From: Conidiobolus incongruus B7586 | Lineage: Eukaryota | DNA: 32,910 nucleotides | Reading direction: 5' to 3' | NCBI GenBank assembly: GCA_000697335.1 | Contig: JNEM01009702.1 | Span: 1-32,910 of the forward strand | Shown: positions 1-11,818 of the stretch, in pieces | Layout: the number at the start of each line of letters is the position of its first letter | Position numbering within the stretch: the stretch's first letter is position 1 | Notes under the pieces: model-generated | What the model was told of the DNA's origin: nothing | What the model saw: only the letters and a program-made list of their open reading frames with translations | Database searches by the model: none | Program-made: the position numbers and the translations under genes

Positions 1-118
1 TAGTAAAAAATAATTAAGTATTCTATTTAATGCAAAAAAAATAGTTTAATAGTTAATAAAAGTTTTATTAAATATAACTATCAATATTAGTATTCATGTT
101 TTTTCAATTTAAATCAAT

Positions 119-139
119 TATATATATATATATATATAT
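119..139. repeat. (TA)n microsatellite
   Basis: About 10 TA units. Similar tracts occur near 12566-12583, 13749-13767, 29247-29266 and 32565-32584. Confidence 0.85.
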
Positions 140-949
140 CATATTATTAATTTGAGATATTTTTGATAATAGCTCGGTAATAATTATATGAACCAAACAT
201 CGAAAACTATTTAGCACATTATTATATTTTTTTGAAATTATAAAATTAATAAGGAAAAGGCTATTAATGAGTAAATAATATGATCTCATATATAACTTGA
301 TAATTTAATATTGTAACAATTGAAAATTAATTAAAGCGTGCACTTAGATTGTTTTTATAATGATATAGATGAATTAATTATTAAAAAAATCTATAATCAA
401 TAAAATAACTGCAATCTGTTCTAACTAATTAAACTGAATAAATTATAATCTCTATATTATATTTTTTTGTTAGGAATTTTTAGATGAATTTAAAATTAAG
501 AAATATATATTTTGATATACAATTAAGTTAAAGCCATTTAGAAAAATTAATTAATATAGCATATATTTATTTTCAGTTCAACCAATTCATTTGATATCAG
601 CATCTTAATCACATTCTCTAAGGTATATATATCATATTTTTATCATCTATCACATTTTTAATTAGTAGTATCGTTATAATATAATTGAAATAATTCATAG
701 AGTGATAATAATAAAATACTTATATATAGTAAATGTATATTAACACTTAAAGTGAAAATACATAATATTTGAAACACTTATAAAATGACATTAATTTTAC
801 ATAATATTGCCAAGATAATGACAAATTTGAATATATCCACCTTAGTATGGCATTATAAAGTATTCTCAAAATATTCAACAAAATTAAAATAAAACGATAA
901 TATTTATTTAATATTGGGCCGAAATAATATTAAAATATAATAAAAATAT

Positions 950-1340
950 TTACTGAATCTTAACTTCTTGGTCGGGTTCAACAGCATCGACATCGGGATG
1001 TGAGCCTAAAACATCTAAAATTTTATTAGTTAATTTGATTTAAATGAAATATGAAATAAAATACTTACTAACGTGGTCTTCAGGGAAGCTAGCAGCGAAA
1101 CCCTTTAAAACAGCGTCATATCTGTGATGAATTTTACCTCCTAATAAATTAAATAAATATAAAGTAGAAAAGTATTGAAGTAAAGTTATTACCTTGAGAT
1201 TCAATATCTTTAATATGTTGGTCAATTACATCATTAGATACATTATCTTTATAAGATACGATAAATTTCTTATGGTCTATAAACAAATTCAATTTAACAT
1301 TGATTTAATATTATTAATATACTATTGAATTACTAGCCAT
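950..1340 (-). CDS. Peptidase inhibitor I9 family protein (subtilisin-propeptide-like; protease B inhibitor/POIA1 type), 75 aa, 4 exons
   Basis: Exons 1340-1334, 1276-1193, 1140-1069 and 1014-950, with GT-AG introns of 57, 52 and 54 nt, splice in frame to MANHKKFIVSYKDNVSNDVIDQHIKDIESQGGKIHHRYDAVLKGFAASFPEDHVNVLGSHPDVDAVEPDQEVKIQ*. It has I9 motifs (FIVxxK, GGKIxHxY..LKGFAA, VxxVEPDQxV). Confidence 0.9.
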
Positions 1341-1392
1341 TATAAATTTTGAATCAATAAAATATATACTAATTTTGTGACATGAATTTATT

Positions 1393-1438
1393 ATTTATAC
1401 TAATTCCTCCTATTTCGTCATTTAATTGATGACATCAT
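1393..1438 (-). promoter_or_regulatory. Putative core promoter of the I9 gene (TATA box plus CRE-like bZIP sites)
   Basis: TATAAAT on - strand at 1399-1393, ATGACGAAA on - strand at 1421-1413, and near-palindromic ATGACATCAT at 1429-1438, all within about 100 nt of the ATG. Confidence 0.35.
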
Positions 1439-2746
1439 TTTGAGAATAATTAATTTTAATTAAATTTATTAGTAGTTATATTCAACTAGATTTTTCAAGT
1501 TATTAAAATTAATATATGTAATTTTAAAAAAAATTTTAAATAAATTAATTTAAATTATCATATATTAAAGTAATTTTCAAAATACAATTATTGTGACAAT
1601 TAGTCATTTAAGCATAAATACTCGATATTAATGATTTCAATATTTACCATTTTTATAATTTTAAAGTATTTGTCAAATAATATATATTATCAATTTTAAA
1701 GTAATAGCTGTACCATCAAAATATAAATAAACTTTCAACATTTTAAATGCATACATTGAATAGAATATAACTTATACAAATAATATAATAATATTTATTA
1801 TTATTAGAAACAATATTACTCATTAAATGATTTTAATTTTTATATCATTTATTAAAATAGTTATCAAGTAATGAAACCTTTAAATTGAAAATGATTACTA
1901 ATAATCTATTATATAGTTGAAGTTATATTTTATAATCGAATTTTATATAAAAAAACTTGAATGAAGTCATTATTATCACTATATTGAATGATATAATTAT
2001 TTTATTATCGTAATAATTAAATAAATGATAATTTTAATCAGATTATTTTTGTTGAATGAATTAAGTTTATATAATATTTATTCCAATTTTTAGTGTATCG
2101 TTCTTCTATCATACACTTAAGTTAATAAGTCATTATTATAGTCCAAGTTTTAGTTGAATAATTATCAATACAAATATTAATATAAAATCAAATATTCAAA
2201 TAATATGAAAATACTCAACCAAATTGAATAATAATATTTGGAGTAGGTACATTTTTGTATTTTTATTCTAATGATTAATAAATTATATATAAAGGATAAA
2301 TGAATTAAAAAATGCTAATAGGATATTATTTGTAATTTTTACTATAACATTGTCAAGTAACATATTTTTAAACTTGAAATAATCTAATTTTAATAAATAT
2401 AATTGCTGATCATATATAATGACAATATTACTTAATTTTAAAATGCAATTTCAAAATATTATTTTATATTTTTATATAATTTAATTATGATATATCTAAT
2501 AATATAGTTAGAAAGATATTAAAATTAATATAATACTTTAATAAATACATTACTTTTATGATAATAATTTAATTCTTAAATGTTAAATTTCATTATATTA
2601 TTTAATATGATTATAATTTATCAAAGATGATAAATGGAAAAGTTATTACATTCAATTTTTAATATATTATTAACTTATATTAGGATTACACTAAGTATAA
2701 ATAAATATGAAATTGAAAATTGTTAAAAATCTAAATAATACTTAGA

Positions 2747-2773
2747 AATAATAATAATAATAATAATAATAAT
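2747..2773. repeat. (AAT)9 microsatellite
   Basis: Perfect tandem AAT x9. Confidence 0.9.
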
Positions 2774-3624
2774 GAAAACTACCAAAGCTTGAATTAAGTT
2801 GTTTAATCTGTATAGTAAAGATGATGATATTTTTACTAATTTTGTGCTTAATTAAATTTTAAACAAAAATGATATTTTTAATATCCACAATTATAAGCAA
2901 ATTATGTATGATAGAAATTTTATATCATCAGTTTATTTTATAATGATTCTTTTTTTTGTTGAAAAAAATATAAAAAAATAAAAAGAATACAGATTGAGTA
3001 CTAATAAAATTAAATAATTAAAAGTTAGTTGAATATTAATGTTAATATAATATTATAAATATAAATTCATTTGGAAAACTTATAAAATATGACTTATGAT
3101 TCCTTAGTTGATAATATAAAATAATATTTATATTATAAATTCAATATATTCAATTTAGCGGGTACTAGATATTTATTATGGTATTAAAATAATATTTAAT
3201 TATTGTCTAATTTGTGATATAACATTCCAATTATGTTGCATTATGAACCACAGTACCTCTAAATCATGCAGAATCAGCCTAAATAACTTGTAATTAAAAT
3301 TTGTACAGAATTAAAAATGATATTAGATAATCAACTCTTTATTAATAAAGATGTTAAGAATAAAAGTTAAATAAAATGATAAGCTTCAAAAAGATCTATT
3401 AAATAAAAAATGATATGTAATAATTTAGAGTAAACAAGTTTTATAAAACATATACATTTATATTTAATGTAGGTAGATTATGAGGCTAAATGATAAAATT
3501 TAGAGCAAAGGTAATATATGATTGCAGTGTTAAAATAAAAAGGCGAGATGAGGTGAAGTTGGAAGAATATATAATAAACCAGTCACATTAATGAATTTGA
3601 AATATTTGAGGTGAAGAGGTAAAA

Positions 3625-5819
3625 TTACAGCGCCGTGCCTCGTTCGAAACTTTCGCGAATTTCTTCCGTGTGTTGGTCGTAAGCTCGAGCAATTTTTTGG
3701 TTGAATTTTTGGTTACGGTCATTGATATAGTTGATTTCATCATCCTCGTTAACTTTGCGATGCTTGGAAGATTGAGAGCGCGCAGCCTGCTCTTGTTTGA
3801 CAAATTGAGCAAGACGGTCGACCGATTCGCTAGAAGGAGGATGGAAGGTGTGGGGTCCATAGATGACATTAGTGGGTCGGTTAACATGAGTATGACTTGA
3901 TGTGATACGGTGTTCATAATTAGGTGAGTGAGTGTAGCCAGAGCCAGAAGTGGAAGAGGATATATTCGATTGACTCATGTTTTGTTGATAGGCAGCTAAA
4001 TTAGGTTTGATTGAATTGGTTAAACGATCATATTTCTTCTGAGCAGCCTGAGCATAATCTAAAAAAATTAAATTAAATCAGCATAAATTAAGATTGAAAT
4101 CAGAGTAAAATAGATTACCTGTAAAACCATTTTGAGCACGCTCACTTTTAAGAGCTTGCTTCTCATCCCATTTCTCAACAGATTCGACAGAATAATTCCA
4201 GTATTGACTTCTTTCATAATTCTCGCCCCTCTCTTCAGCTTCCTAAAGCAGAATAAGAATATGAATATAGTTATATTTGCATATAATCTTACAGTTTTTT
4301 CTAGTAACTTTTTAGCTTCTTCATATTTTCTCTGATATTTGGCTTCTAGCTTGGGGTTCACTAAATTTCTCTCGTGTTCTAGCATCATTTCCTTATGATT
4401 CTCTTGAGATGAACGATTCTAATAACGAAGATTCTATATGAATTGATAATATATAATAAATAATGAATGCTAATAATTACCATTCTCATTTTGAGTTCTT
4501 GGAATTTTTCAAGTCTGGACTTTAAGTCTTTAGAGTTGAATTCAAAGTTGACGACCTTGTTGGACTCTGGGACAAAGCGCACTTCATCTGGACGATCAGA
4601 AACAATACATTTTGCTATAGTGGAAAATAAACAATTAGGATTTTTTGCAAGATGTTTTTGTTTTTGATAAGCGGTGTTGTTGATGTGATGATGAAATTTG
4701 GAAGTATCCCTTTTGCGATTCGTTGTTGATGTATTATTATTGACTCGGGCTTCTTTCTTACTACCAACTGTATGAATTGGATCAGTTGGTTGAAATAGCA
4801 CTTTAAAATCAAAAAATAACAAAAAGTGAAAAAGTTTAATTACCTGATTCTATTTGTGCTTCTGCTTCGATTTCCTTAGATATTTCAGCTTTCTCTGTAG
4901 TATTTTCTCCATTTTGTTCTCTCTTAGAATCTATTATTATGATATTATTTAATAACTAGTGGTATGAATTTGTGGAGTTTGTATTCTTACCATTAGCAGG
5001 AGTAGGTTGTTTGACCTCAAATTCATCCTTAGCAGTTTTGGTAGTCTATTACATAATTAGAAAAAAATTCAGGGTCAAAAATAAAAATAATTTAAAGTTA
5101 CATTTTCTGCTTCTGTATTTTTAGAGTCTTCTATTCCAGCTGGCAAAGTGAGGTCATTTGTTGTGTTAGTAGGCTTTAGAGGATTCTACATATAAAGTTT
5201 AATAAATAATAAACGATTAATGAAATCAAATTACCTCTTTTTCGGCGTTTGAGTTTGGCAAAGCTTTAATTTCCATCGGACTAACAGAATGCTCAAGTTT
5301 TAATTTTTCGGAAGTTCCAGCAGATTCATTTTCATTCTTATCTTCAGTTGGGTGTTCGTTGTTCACTTCAGTCACTTGAGATTCTTGTTTTACATTATCA
5401 TTTTCATCTGTAATAGTTATATTTTCAATGGAAGTTTTGGGCTTTTTAGCAGGAATCGTGTCCTGAACTTCTTGTTCTTCTTCAGATTCATTTTCTGAAA
5501 GTTCTTTTGGTGAAGCTTTTGAATTGGTAGAATTTTTATCTGATTTGGTATCCTTATCCTTAGTATCACGAGAGCGTAAACTAGCTCTCCTCTTGTTATT
5601 AGTTTCGGAAGTATCAGAACCACTGTCATTATTCTCTTCCTTGTCACTTTGTTTATCCCGTGTTGAAGCTCTAGTGGAGCGCAAATTGGAAATTACTTCC
5701 CTAGCACTTTTTTTAATAGCTTTAGGTTTAGAGGTTTTGGCATTGACCGTTGTAGGCTGTGTACTGGTGTCTTTAGTGGACTTGGTTTGACCGCGGGAAG
5801 AACGACGTGGAGGTGCCAT
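3625..5819 (-). CDS. SYF2: Pre-mRNA splicing factor SYF2 with a long low-complexity N-terminal extension, about 604 aa, 8 exons
   Basis: Exons 5819-5235, 5185-5102, 5045-4991, 4930-4844, 4800-4481, 4418-4293, 4242-4119 and 4058-3625 join in frame through GT-AG introns of 43-62 nt. SYF2 motifs include RLEKFQELKMRM-NRSSQENHKE, GENYERSQYWNYSVESVEKW, GFTDYAQAAQKKY and C-terminal INYINDRNQKFNQKIARAYDQHTEEIRESFERGTAL. Confidence 0.9.
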
Positions 5820-6429
5820 GAATAATAATGTTAGGTAAACGAATTATTAAAGTTGAATTGAATATATCAAATTAGTTAAAATTTCAATTTGGCAATTTGT
5901 AATTCTTGGGTTGAGCTATATTTATTCCATGAATTGAATGTGGGATTCAAAAATGTAATTGTGGTAATTTGTTAAATATTATTACTCCGTGATAATTGTT
6001 CATGTAAAAACCCTTTTATGAAATTTGTACAATTGTTTTATTAAAATTAAATTGAATGTTCTGAAAAGTATTAAAATATACTAATAGAATCTTTATAACA
6101 TATAATTATCTTAGTATATTTAATTAAATTTATATGTTCTAAAAATAAGTATAAATTATTAAATAGTAAATACAAATAGACCTTGAGAAATTGTAGTTTG
6201 ATTAGTATTTTTATATAATTTTATGAATCAACTATAAATAATTAAATAATTAGATGATAATTTAATAACTACTTCAAATAAATTATGAACATAATATTCC
6301 ATGATAATAAAATCATAAAAAACTTTATTTAAGCTATAAATAATGTAATATTAAGGATGAATTTCAATTACTAATTTTAAAATTTGTAAAAAAATTTCTT
6401 TCTTTGTTTGAGCGAGATGATAGTATTAA

Positions 6430-7820
6430 TTGATATAAACTATAACATCAATGCCCAAATCGACAAGTGCTTCGAACTGTTTGATGTTGATCAATTTGAA
6501 CATATTCTTTTGATTCCGTCTTCTGATCTTAACTGGTAATATAAAGGAATTTTCAATTTCTGTGCTTTGTAAATAGATTGAGCAATAACCCGTGCGATAA
6601 TTGAGATCGACTATTTGGATTGGATACATTTTCACCCAATTCATGAAAGGATACACTTATAATTTGGAAATGTGATTTTGTTGGGTTATTATTTCATAAC
6701 TATCGATACCAAGCAAGGATGGTATTACTCGATTCAGTACTTTAACTTCAATAAATGGATAATTTATCCAAATTAATTTTTTATTGCTGACAATTTAAAT
6801 TGAGTCTACAAATGGCTGAATGTATTCTTCATATTCTAATGGGATAGAGCTTAATTTAGCCAACATCTGAATTTTGATATCGTTTCGTTGAAAAATATTT
6901 GATCAAGTTCTAGAGGAAATAGTGGAATCTTGGTTAACAATATTAGGCTTTCAAGTCACTATATTATTATCAACAATGGCCTGAATATTGAAACAGAGCC
7001 CCTTCCCATTATAAATAACACAACATTCTCACAGAATGTTCTCATTCACGAAAGTGTCGAAAACTATGCCTCTCTTTTTACCTATTTATTAATCTATGAA
7101 TAATAATTGCAGAGCAGACCAAGTGTTCCGAAAAATCAAAAGGGGCTTTATTTTCTGCTAGCATAGCATCAAGGAAGTTTAAATCGATCTTAATTATCGG
7201 AAGCTTCGATTTATAAATATCCTATCAAAAACTACAACTTTAAAGATCCCATCCAGAATATCAGTACATTTGAAATCGATTTTCATGTTATTATATTCTA
7301 TTTGAATTGATTTTTCTCTGCTTCAACTAAGGAACTAGTTAATTTACCATAATGTCGAAACTTTCAAACTTTTGAACTTGGTTTAAATTCAGTATTCCTT
7401 TTTCTATTAGCATTAAATTGATTGATTTGTTATCAATCATTACTCCAATTACAGAAAAATCTAATAGCATATGAATATCGTTATTGTCATATATATATGA
7501 ACAAAATAAAAGCAAAAGGCTTTAATCAATTTCGAAGCAGTTGAATGAGCTTGCGAATGCTGAGATACAAACGTGAACCAGATTCCTTAAACCAAACGAG
7601 TGCACAACCTTTTTCAATGAGAAATTACAAAAAATAGAATAACACAATATCAAAGCGAAGTAGTTGATTTTAAAATAAAAAATGCCTCAATAATTCGGGT
7701 ACTCTGTTGCAATGTTTAGTAATAAGGATTCTCCTAAGTTGAAATATATCCGATGAATTGATTTATCATAAAAATATCAAAATTTTCTGTACTAACTTCA
7801 CCTCACCCCATCGATCATGT
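6430..7820. pseudogene. Decayed coding-like relic of unknown identity
   Basis: About 1.4 kb block less AT-rich than its flanks. Protein-like stretches are broken by stops and frameshifts (+ strand: YNINAQIDKCFELFDVDQFEHILLIPSSDLNW* from 6441; SISKQLNELANAEIQT*TRFLKPNECTTFFNEKLQKIE* from 7526). Strand and family are not established. Confidence 0.35.
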
Positions 7821-8749
7821 TCTTTTTACTAAAACCTTGAAATATTCTAAGTATCAATCGTTAATAAGATATGGGGAAAATGTGAAATATCTAATCAAAA
7901 TTAGTATTGTAGGTTTATAGTCAATTAATATTCTATCTGGGATTCTTTATCAAAACTAATAATGAAATTGAATATTTGAAATTTACGGTATATAGTGCTT
8001 AGTATTTGGTCAGATGGAATATTTATATTCTATATAAAGGTTTAGTTACAATATTTTTTGTATATTATATGTATTATTTGTCAGTTGATATTATTTAGAT
8101 CTAAATTCATTTTGATTGAAATCATAAATAATTATTAGATATTTAATCCAAAATTATTTAGTGAAGATTTGGAAAATTTTCATCAAATTAAATAAAGCAA
8201 AGATCATATGATTATTTGATTGTACTCATATCTAATTGAATTCATTATAAATTAATCAATGATAAATTTAATTAAAGATATCATCTCAATGTTAGAATAT
8301 TATATTAATAATTATAATTAAATTTCAATAATTAATTTAAATTCAAATTTGATTTGGTTTTTAGCTTTTTAATCAAATTTATCGAATAAACTATAGCCAG
8401 TTATGATTAAAATTATTTGAAATATCAATGAACATAAATAAACTAATTACAAATAATTGGTATTGAGTTAGTATCAAATGATTAATTTTTAATATGTATA
8501 TATTTAATTATATTAAGGATTACTGAATATCTCCATTTTAACCAATATATTTTTCAACATATAATCAAATATAATATTCAAAGTTTATATAAGTATATCT
8601 ATTTCATTAAACATAAATATTAAGAGGAAGGAATTACAAGGATCAATAATAAATGATTGTTAATGCTGGTTTAGATAATATGAGGATAATCTATTAATCT
8701 ATGGTATGAATATTAGATATTACAAGTATACCTGATCTAATTTAAAATA

Positions 8750-9810
8750 CTATTCTTTTGGTTTCTTTTTATCCTTTTCAGATTTGTCTTTTCTGTCTTT
8801 CTTTTCTTTCTTTTCTTTTTTAGATTTCTTGGAACTATTTTTGGTTAGGGGAGATAAATCATTAATAGGCGATACAGATAAAGAGTTTCCTTGATCTATT
8901 TGAGAAGTACTCGTAGTATCAGAATCCGAAGTCATACCCTTAGATTTCTTTTCTTTCTTATTCTTCTTTTCTTTCTTTTCCTTTTTGTGCCGTTTGGGTG
9001 AAAGATTTGAAGTTTCTGCTTCTGATGAAGCATTTGAGGGATCTTGAGACATGGAATCAGATGTACGTTTGATCTTTCCGCTTTGATCAAATCGTGCACC
9101 TCTACGAGCAGTACGTCTACCACATTTTTCAAATAACTCTTCATCAGTTAATTTTGTCAAAAATTTACTAAAATATCAGTTAAAATCAATGGAATCCATA
9201 TAACATCATGATAATAATTACTCGTCGGCATGCATGTTAGTAAACTGTCCTTTAACGAAAAAGCTATACAAAGCTTTTTTAACATTCTTTTGAGAATCAT
9301 TTAATACTCTGGCAGTGATAATAGTATCAGGGTCAACTTTATTGGTTGGATTTTCGATACTTATTATCCCTACTCTGTTGACTCCTTGACTCAATATATC
9401 CTTTTCTTTACTCTCAACTTTGATTTGATCCTACAATATTGAACTTTAATTAACATTATTAGCATATTATTTATATTGTTTGCATACATCTTCGTTTTTA
9501 TCTACAATGACATTGGACGAAACTTTGTTGTAAATATGATCCCACCAAGGAAAATCAAAATTAGTATTAGTAGCACCAATCTAATTGGAAAAAGTTAGCA
9601 TCGAATTCAAGTACTAAATGGTTATATTATATCTACCCCATTGGTATCATTTTTCTTAGTTACAGTAATGGATCTTTTAATACCCTTCTTATCTTTACCA
9701 AGACCTTCACCTCTAAATTTAATTAAGAATTTAATTTTGAATAAAACTAAATTACTAATTTACTGTTTCCAACCATATTTTTCCAAATGGCTTTTACCAA
9801 AATCATTCAT
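8750..9810 (-). CDS. GPATCH4: G-patch domain protein 4 (GPATCH4/Tma23-like ribosome biogenesis factor), 280 aa, 5 exons
   Basis: Exons 9810-9764, 9712-9637, 9580-9488, 9430-9222 and 9167-8750. Spliced protein has N-terminal G-patch MNDFGKSHLEKYGWKQGEGLGKDKKGIKRSITVTKKNDTNGIG, then FDFPWWDHIYNK, LYSFFVKG, LTDEELFEKCGRRTARRGAR and a KKE-rich tail. Confidence 0.88.
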
Positions 9811-10642
9811 TTTATTATTTATTAATATATTATGTTGTATTATATTAAAATTATTAATTATTTATATATTTTTAATTATATCTATATTAAAAAGATATAT
9901 TCAGTTGTTTATTGAATTGTTGGGGGGGTTTTATTCATTTAAGATTTTCATTGTCACTATTCAACTTATGGGTAACTGAGTTTATTTTTTACCCAAGTTA
10001 GACAATTGATTTGTTGATTAATTTATAATAAATAATATATTCTTTAAAATTAATTTAATTTTTATAAATTTTTATGATTTGGTATACAATATTAGATCAA
10101 TTCCTCCCTTTTCATTTTGCAAACTATGTATCTGTTTACTATTTTTCCAATAAAAAATGTGAAAAAAATAATGTTATGGAACAATTACTAAGATGTTATC
10201 TTAACTCTCTTATATATAAAATTTTATAGACAGACTTCAAAATTAAAAATTTTCAAGGCAATATATTTTTTGATAGTATAAATGTCAGATTCAAATTATA
10301 TTCGTGAGAAAAATATCAATTAGTATATATTTTTTATTGGATAAAAATACCTTAAGAATTATATTATTCAAAATATATCTTATTTAAAACTTATTATTTT
10401 GGGACTCTTAATATCTATAAACTTTTATGTTTGATGTTTTTGATTGATATTCATACTGGAGCTTAATCTTTTGTATTAAAGAATGTAATTATTACGTAGT
10501 TTATATACAAAAAACAGTGATGTTATAAAAATAGCATTATCATTAATAAAATGTCATTGAGTATAGCAGATTCATTATTATATAAATTATAAAAATAAAT
10601 ATTAAAAAGCACGATAAATAATTTATTCCATAAAAATACATA

Positions 10643-10670
10643 TTAATTAATTAATTAATTAATTAATTAA
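10643..10670. repeat. (TTAA)7 palindromic microsatellite
   Basis: Perfect TTAA x7, about 70 nt 3' of the RING gene stop codon. Confidence 0.9.
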
Positions 10671-10736
10671 TCAAAATTGCCATGATATATATCTAATTAT
10701 AATGACAATATTAAAAATACAAATTACCAATAACTT

Positions 10737-11627
10737 CTACTGAGTCAAAAGTGAAGAAGATATCGAACTATACTTTCGACATAGTGGACATTTGACTTGG
10801 GTAATAAATTCATCGATCATATTTCCAGATGCCAAATGACTGCTCTTAACACACCCAGCGTGGAATAAATGATTACAGGTAGATAGCTTGATCATTTTAT
10901 CATTTGTATAACTGCAGCATAATCCAGTCGGAAGCAATTCACAAGGAGTAGTTGAGTGGAACTGGTTGGGGCTGTTCTGATATCTGGATTTAATTTCATT
11001 ACACACTTTTTCATTATATTCACTGCTTTCAGTCATCAATGGGAAACGACATTGAGGGCATGAGTTAGTTGTTTTAAGCCAAGGAAACAGGCAAGCTTCG
11101 TGAAAGACATGCTGGCATGGCATCTGTCTGATTTGATGGTCTTCGGATGTTGCAAATTCATCTAAACATATAGGACAGCTTTGACAATCAGGAGGAATAT
11201 CATTCACATCGATAACAGGTAAATTCTCTCTAGCATTTTCACTAGCACATGGTGGCATCTTTTTCTGGTCCTGCATGCTGAGTTGTTCGGCAATTCGAGT
11301 CATATATTCAAAATAAGCATCATCGCCCATTCGAGCTGAGGTCATTCTCATTCCATTATTGAATATGAATTGAACAGGGCCTGGCAAGATGAAGTAAAAG
11401 CCAAAATTGTTATTGCCATTTGGAGATGCATTCTGACCACTGTTTTCGGCGCCCGGCGTTTGTGCGTCCTGAGAGGCAGGAGGATTGGAATTCGTTTGAT
11501 TAGACGGAGGATTTATTATATTTATAAAAATAGGGAAAATTTGAGGTGATGGCTGGCCTCCTTGTTGTTGAGGTTGCACGTTTTGGTTTTGAGAATTCAA
11601 ACTTTGAAAGAATTCAGCAATATTCAT
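10737..11627 (-). CDS. RING-H2 E3 ubiquitin ligase (RNF126/RNF181/San1-like) with a second, atypical C-terminal RING-like domain, 296 aa, intronless
   Basis: PPCASENARENLP precedes a canonical C3H2C3 RING, CPICLDEF...MPCQHVFHEACLFPWLKTTNSCPQCR. A second cluster reads CELLPTGLCC...CNHLFHAGC...CPLCR. The N-terminus is Q/N/P-rich and probably disordered. Confidence 0.9.
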   Translation of the reverse strand: MNIAEFFQSLNSQNQNVQPQQQGGQPSPQIFPIFINIINPPSNQTNSNPPASQDAQTPGAENSGQNASPNGNNNFGFYFILPGPVQFIFNNGMRMTSARMGDDAYFEYMTRIAEQLSMQDQKKMPPCASENARENLPVIDVNDIPPDCQSCPICLDEFATSEDHQIRQMPCQHVFHEACLFPWLKTTNSCPQCRFPLMTESSEYNEKVCNEIKSRYQNSPNQFHSTTPCELLPTGLCCSYTNDKMIKLSTCNHLFHAGCVKSSHLASGNMIDEFITQVKCPLCRKYSSISSSLLTQ

Positions 11628-11697
11628 TATTGATTATTAGCTATTGAATTATTAGTTTCAATTCAAAATACAGTCGATTCATATTGATTCATATGCC

Positions 11698-11818
11698 TTT
11701 TTATATTATTAAATTTGATTTTGAATTTTTGTTGAAATTTCTAGATAATTCAATAATTTGTTTCATATTAGTAATTAAGTCATTATTCCCTCATAAAGGT
11801 CAATTTCTAGAAAATTCA
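11698..11818 (-). promoter_or_regulatory. TATA box plus two heat-shock elements upstream of the RING ligase gene
   Basis: TATAAAA on - strand at 11704-11698. GAAatTTCtaGAtaaTTC at 11734-11751 (4 units, 1 mismatch). Perfect TTCtaGAAaaTTC at 11805-11817, matching the nGAAn inverted-repeat HSF consensus. Confidence 0.6.

Noticed and set aside
104..289. 61-aa ORF (similarly 13971-14168)
   Set aside because: I/N/K/L/Y-rich chance frames in extremely AT-rich DNA, one running through a TA repeat.
3588..5790. Alternate-frame and antisense ORFs over SYF2 (e.g. 3588-3917, 3670-3900, 5524-5790)
   Set aside because: Explained by the spliced SYF2 frame.
5226..5819. 197-aa ORF as an independent gene
   Set aside because: A GTAATT donor precedes its stop codon, and in-phase exons lead into SYF2.
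9641..9979. Hydrophobic 112-aa + strand ORF
   Set aside because: Antisense to GPATCH4 exons, intron and leader. Its composition reflects AT richness.
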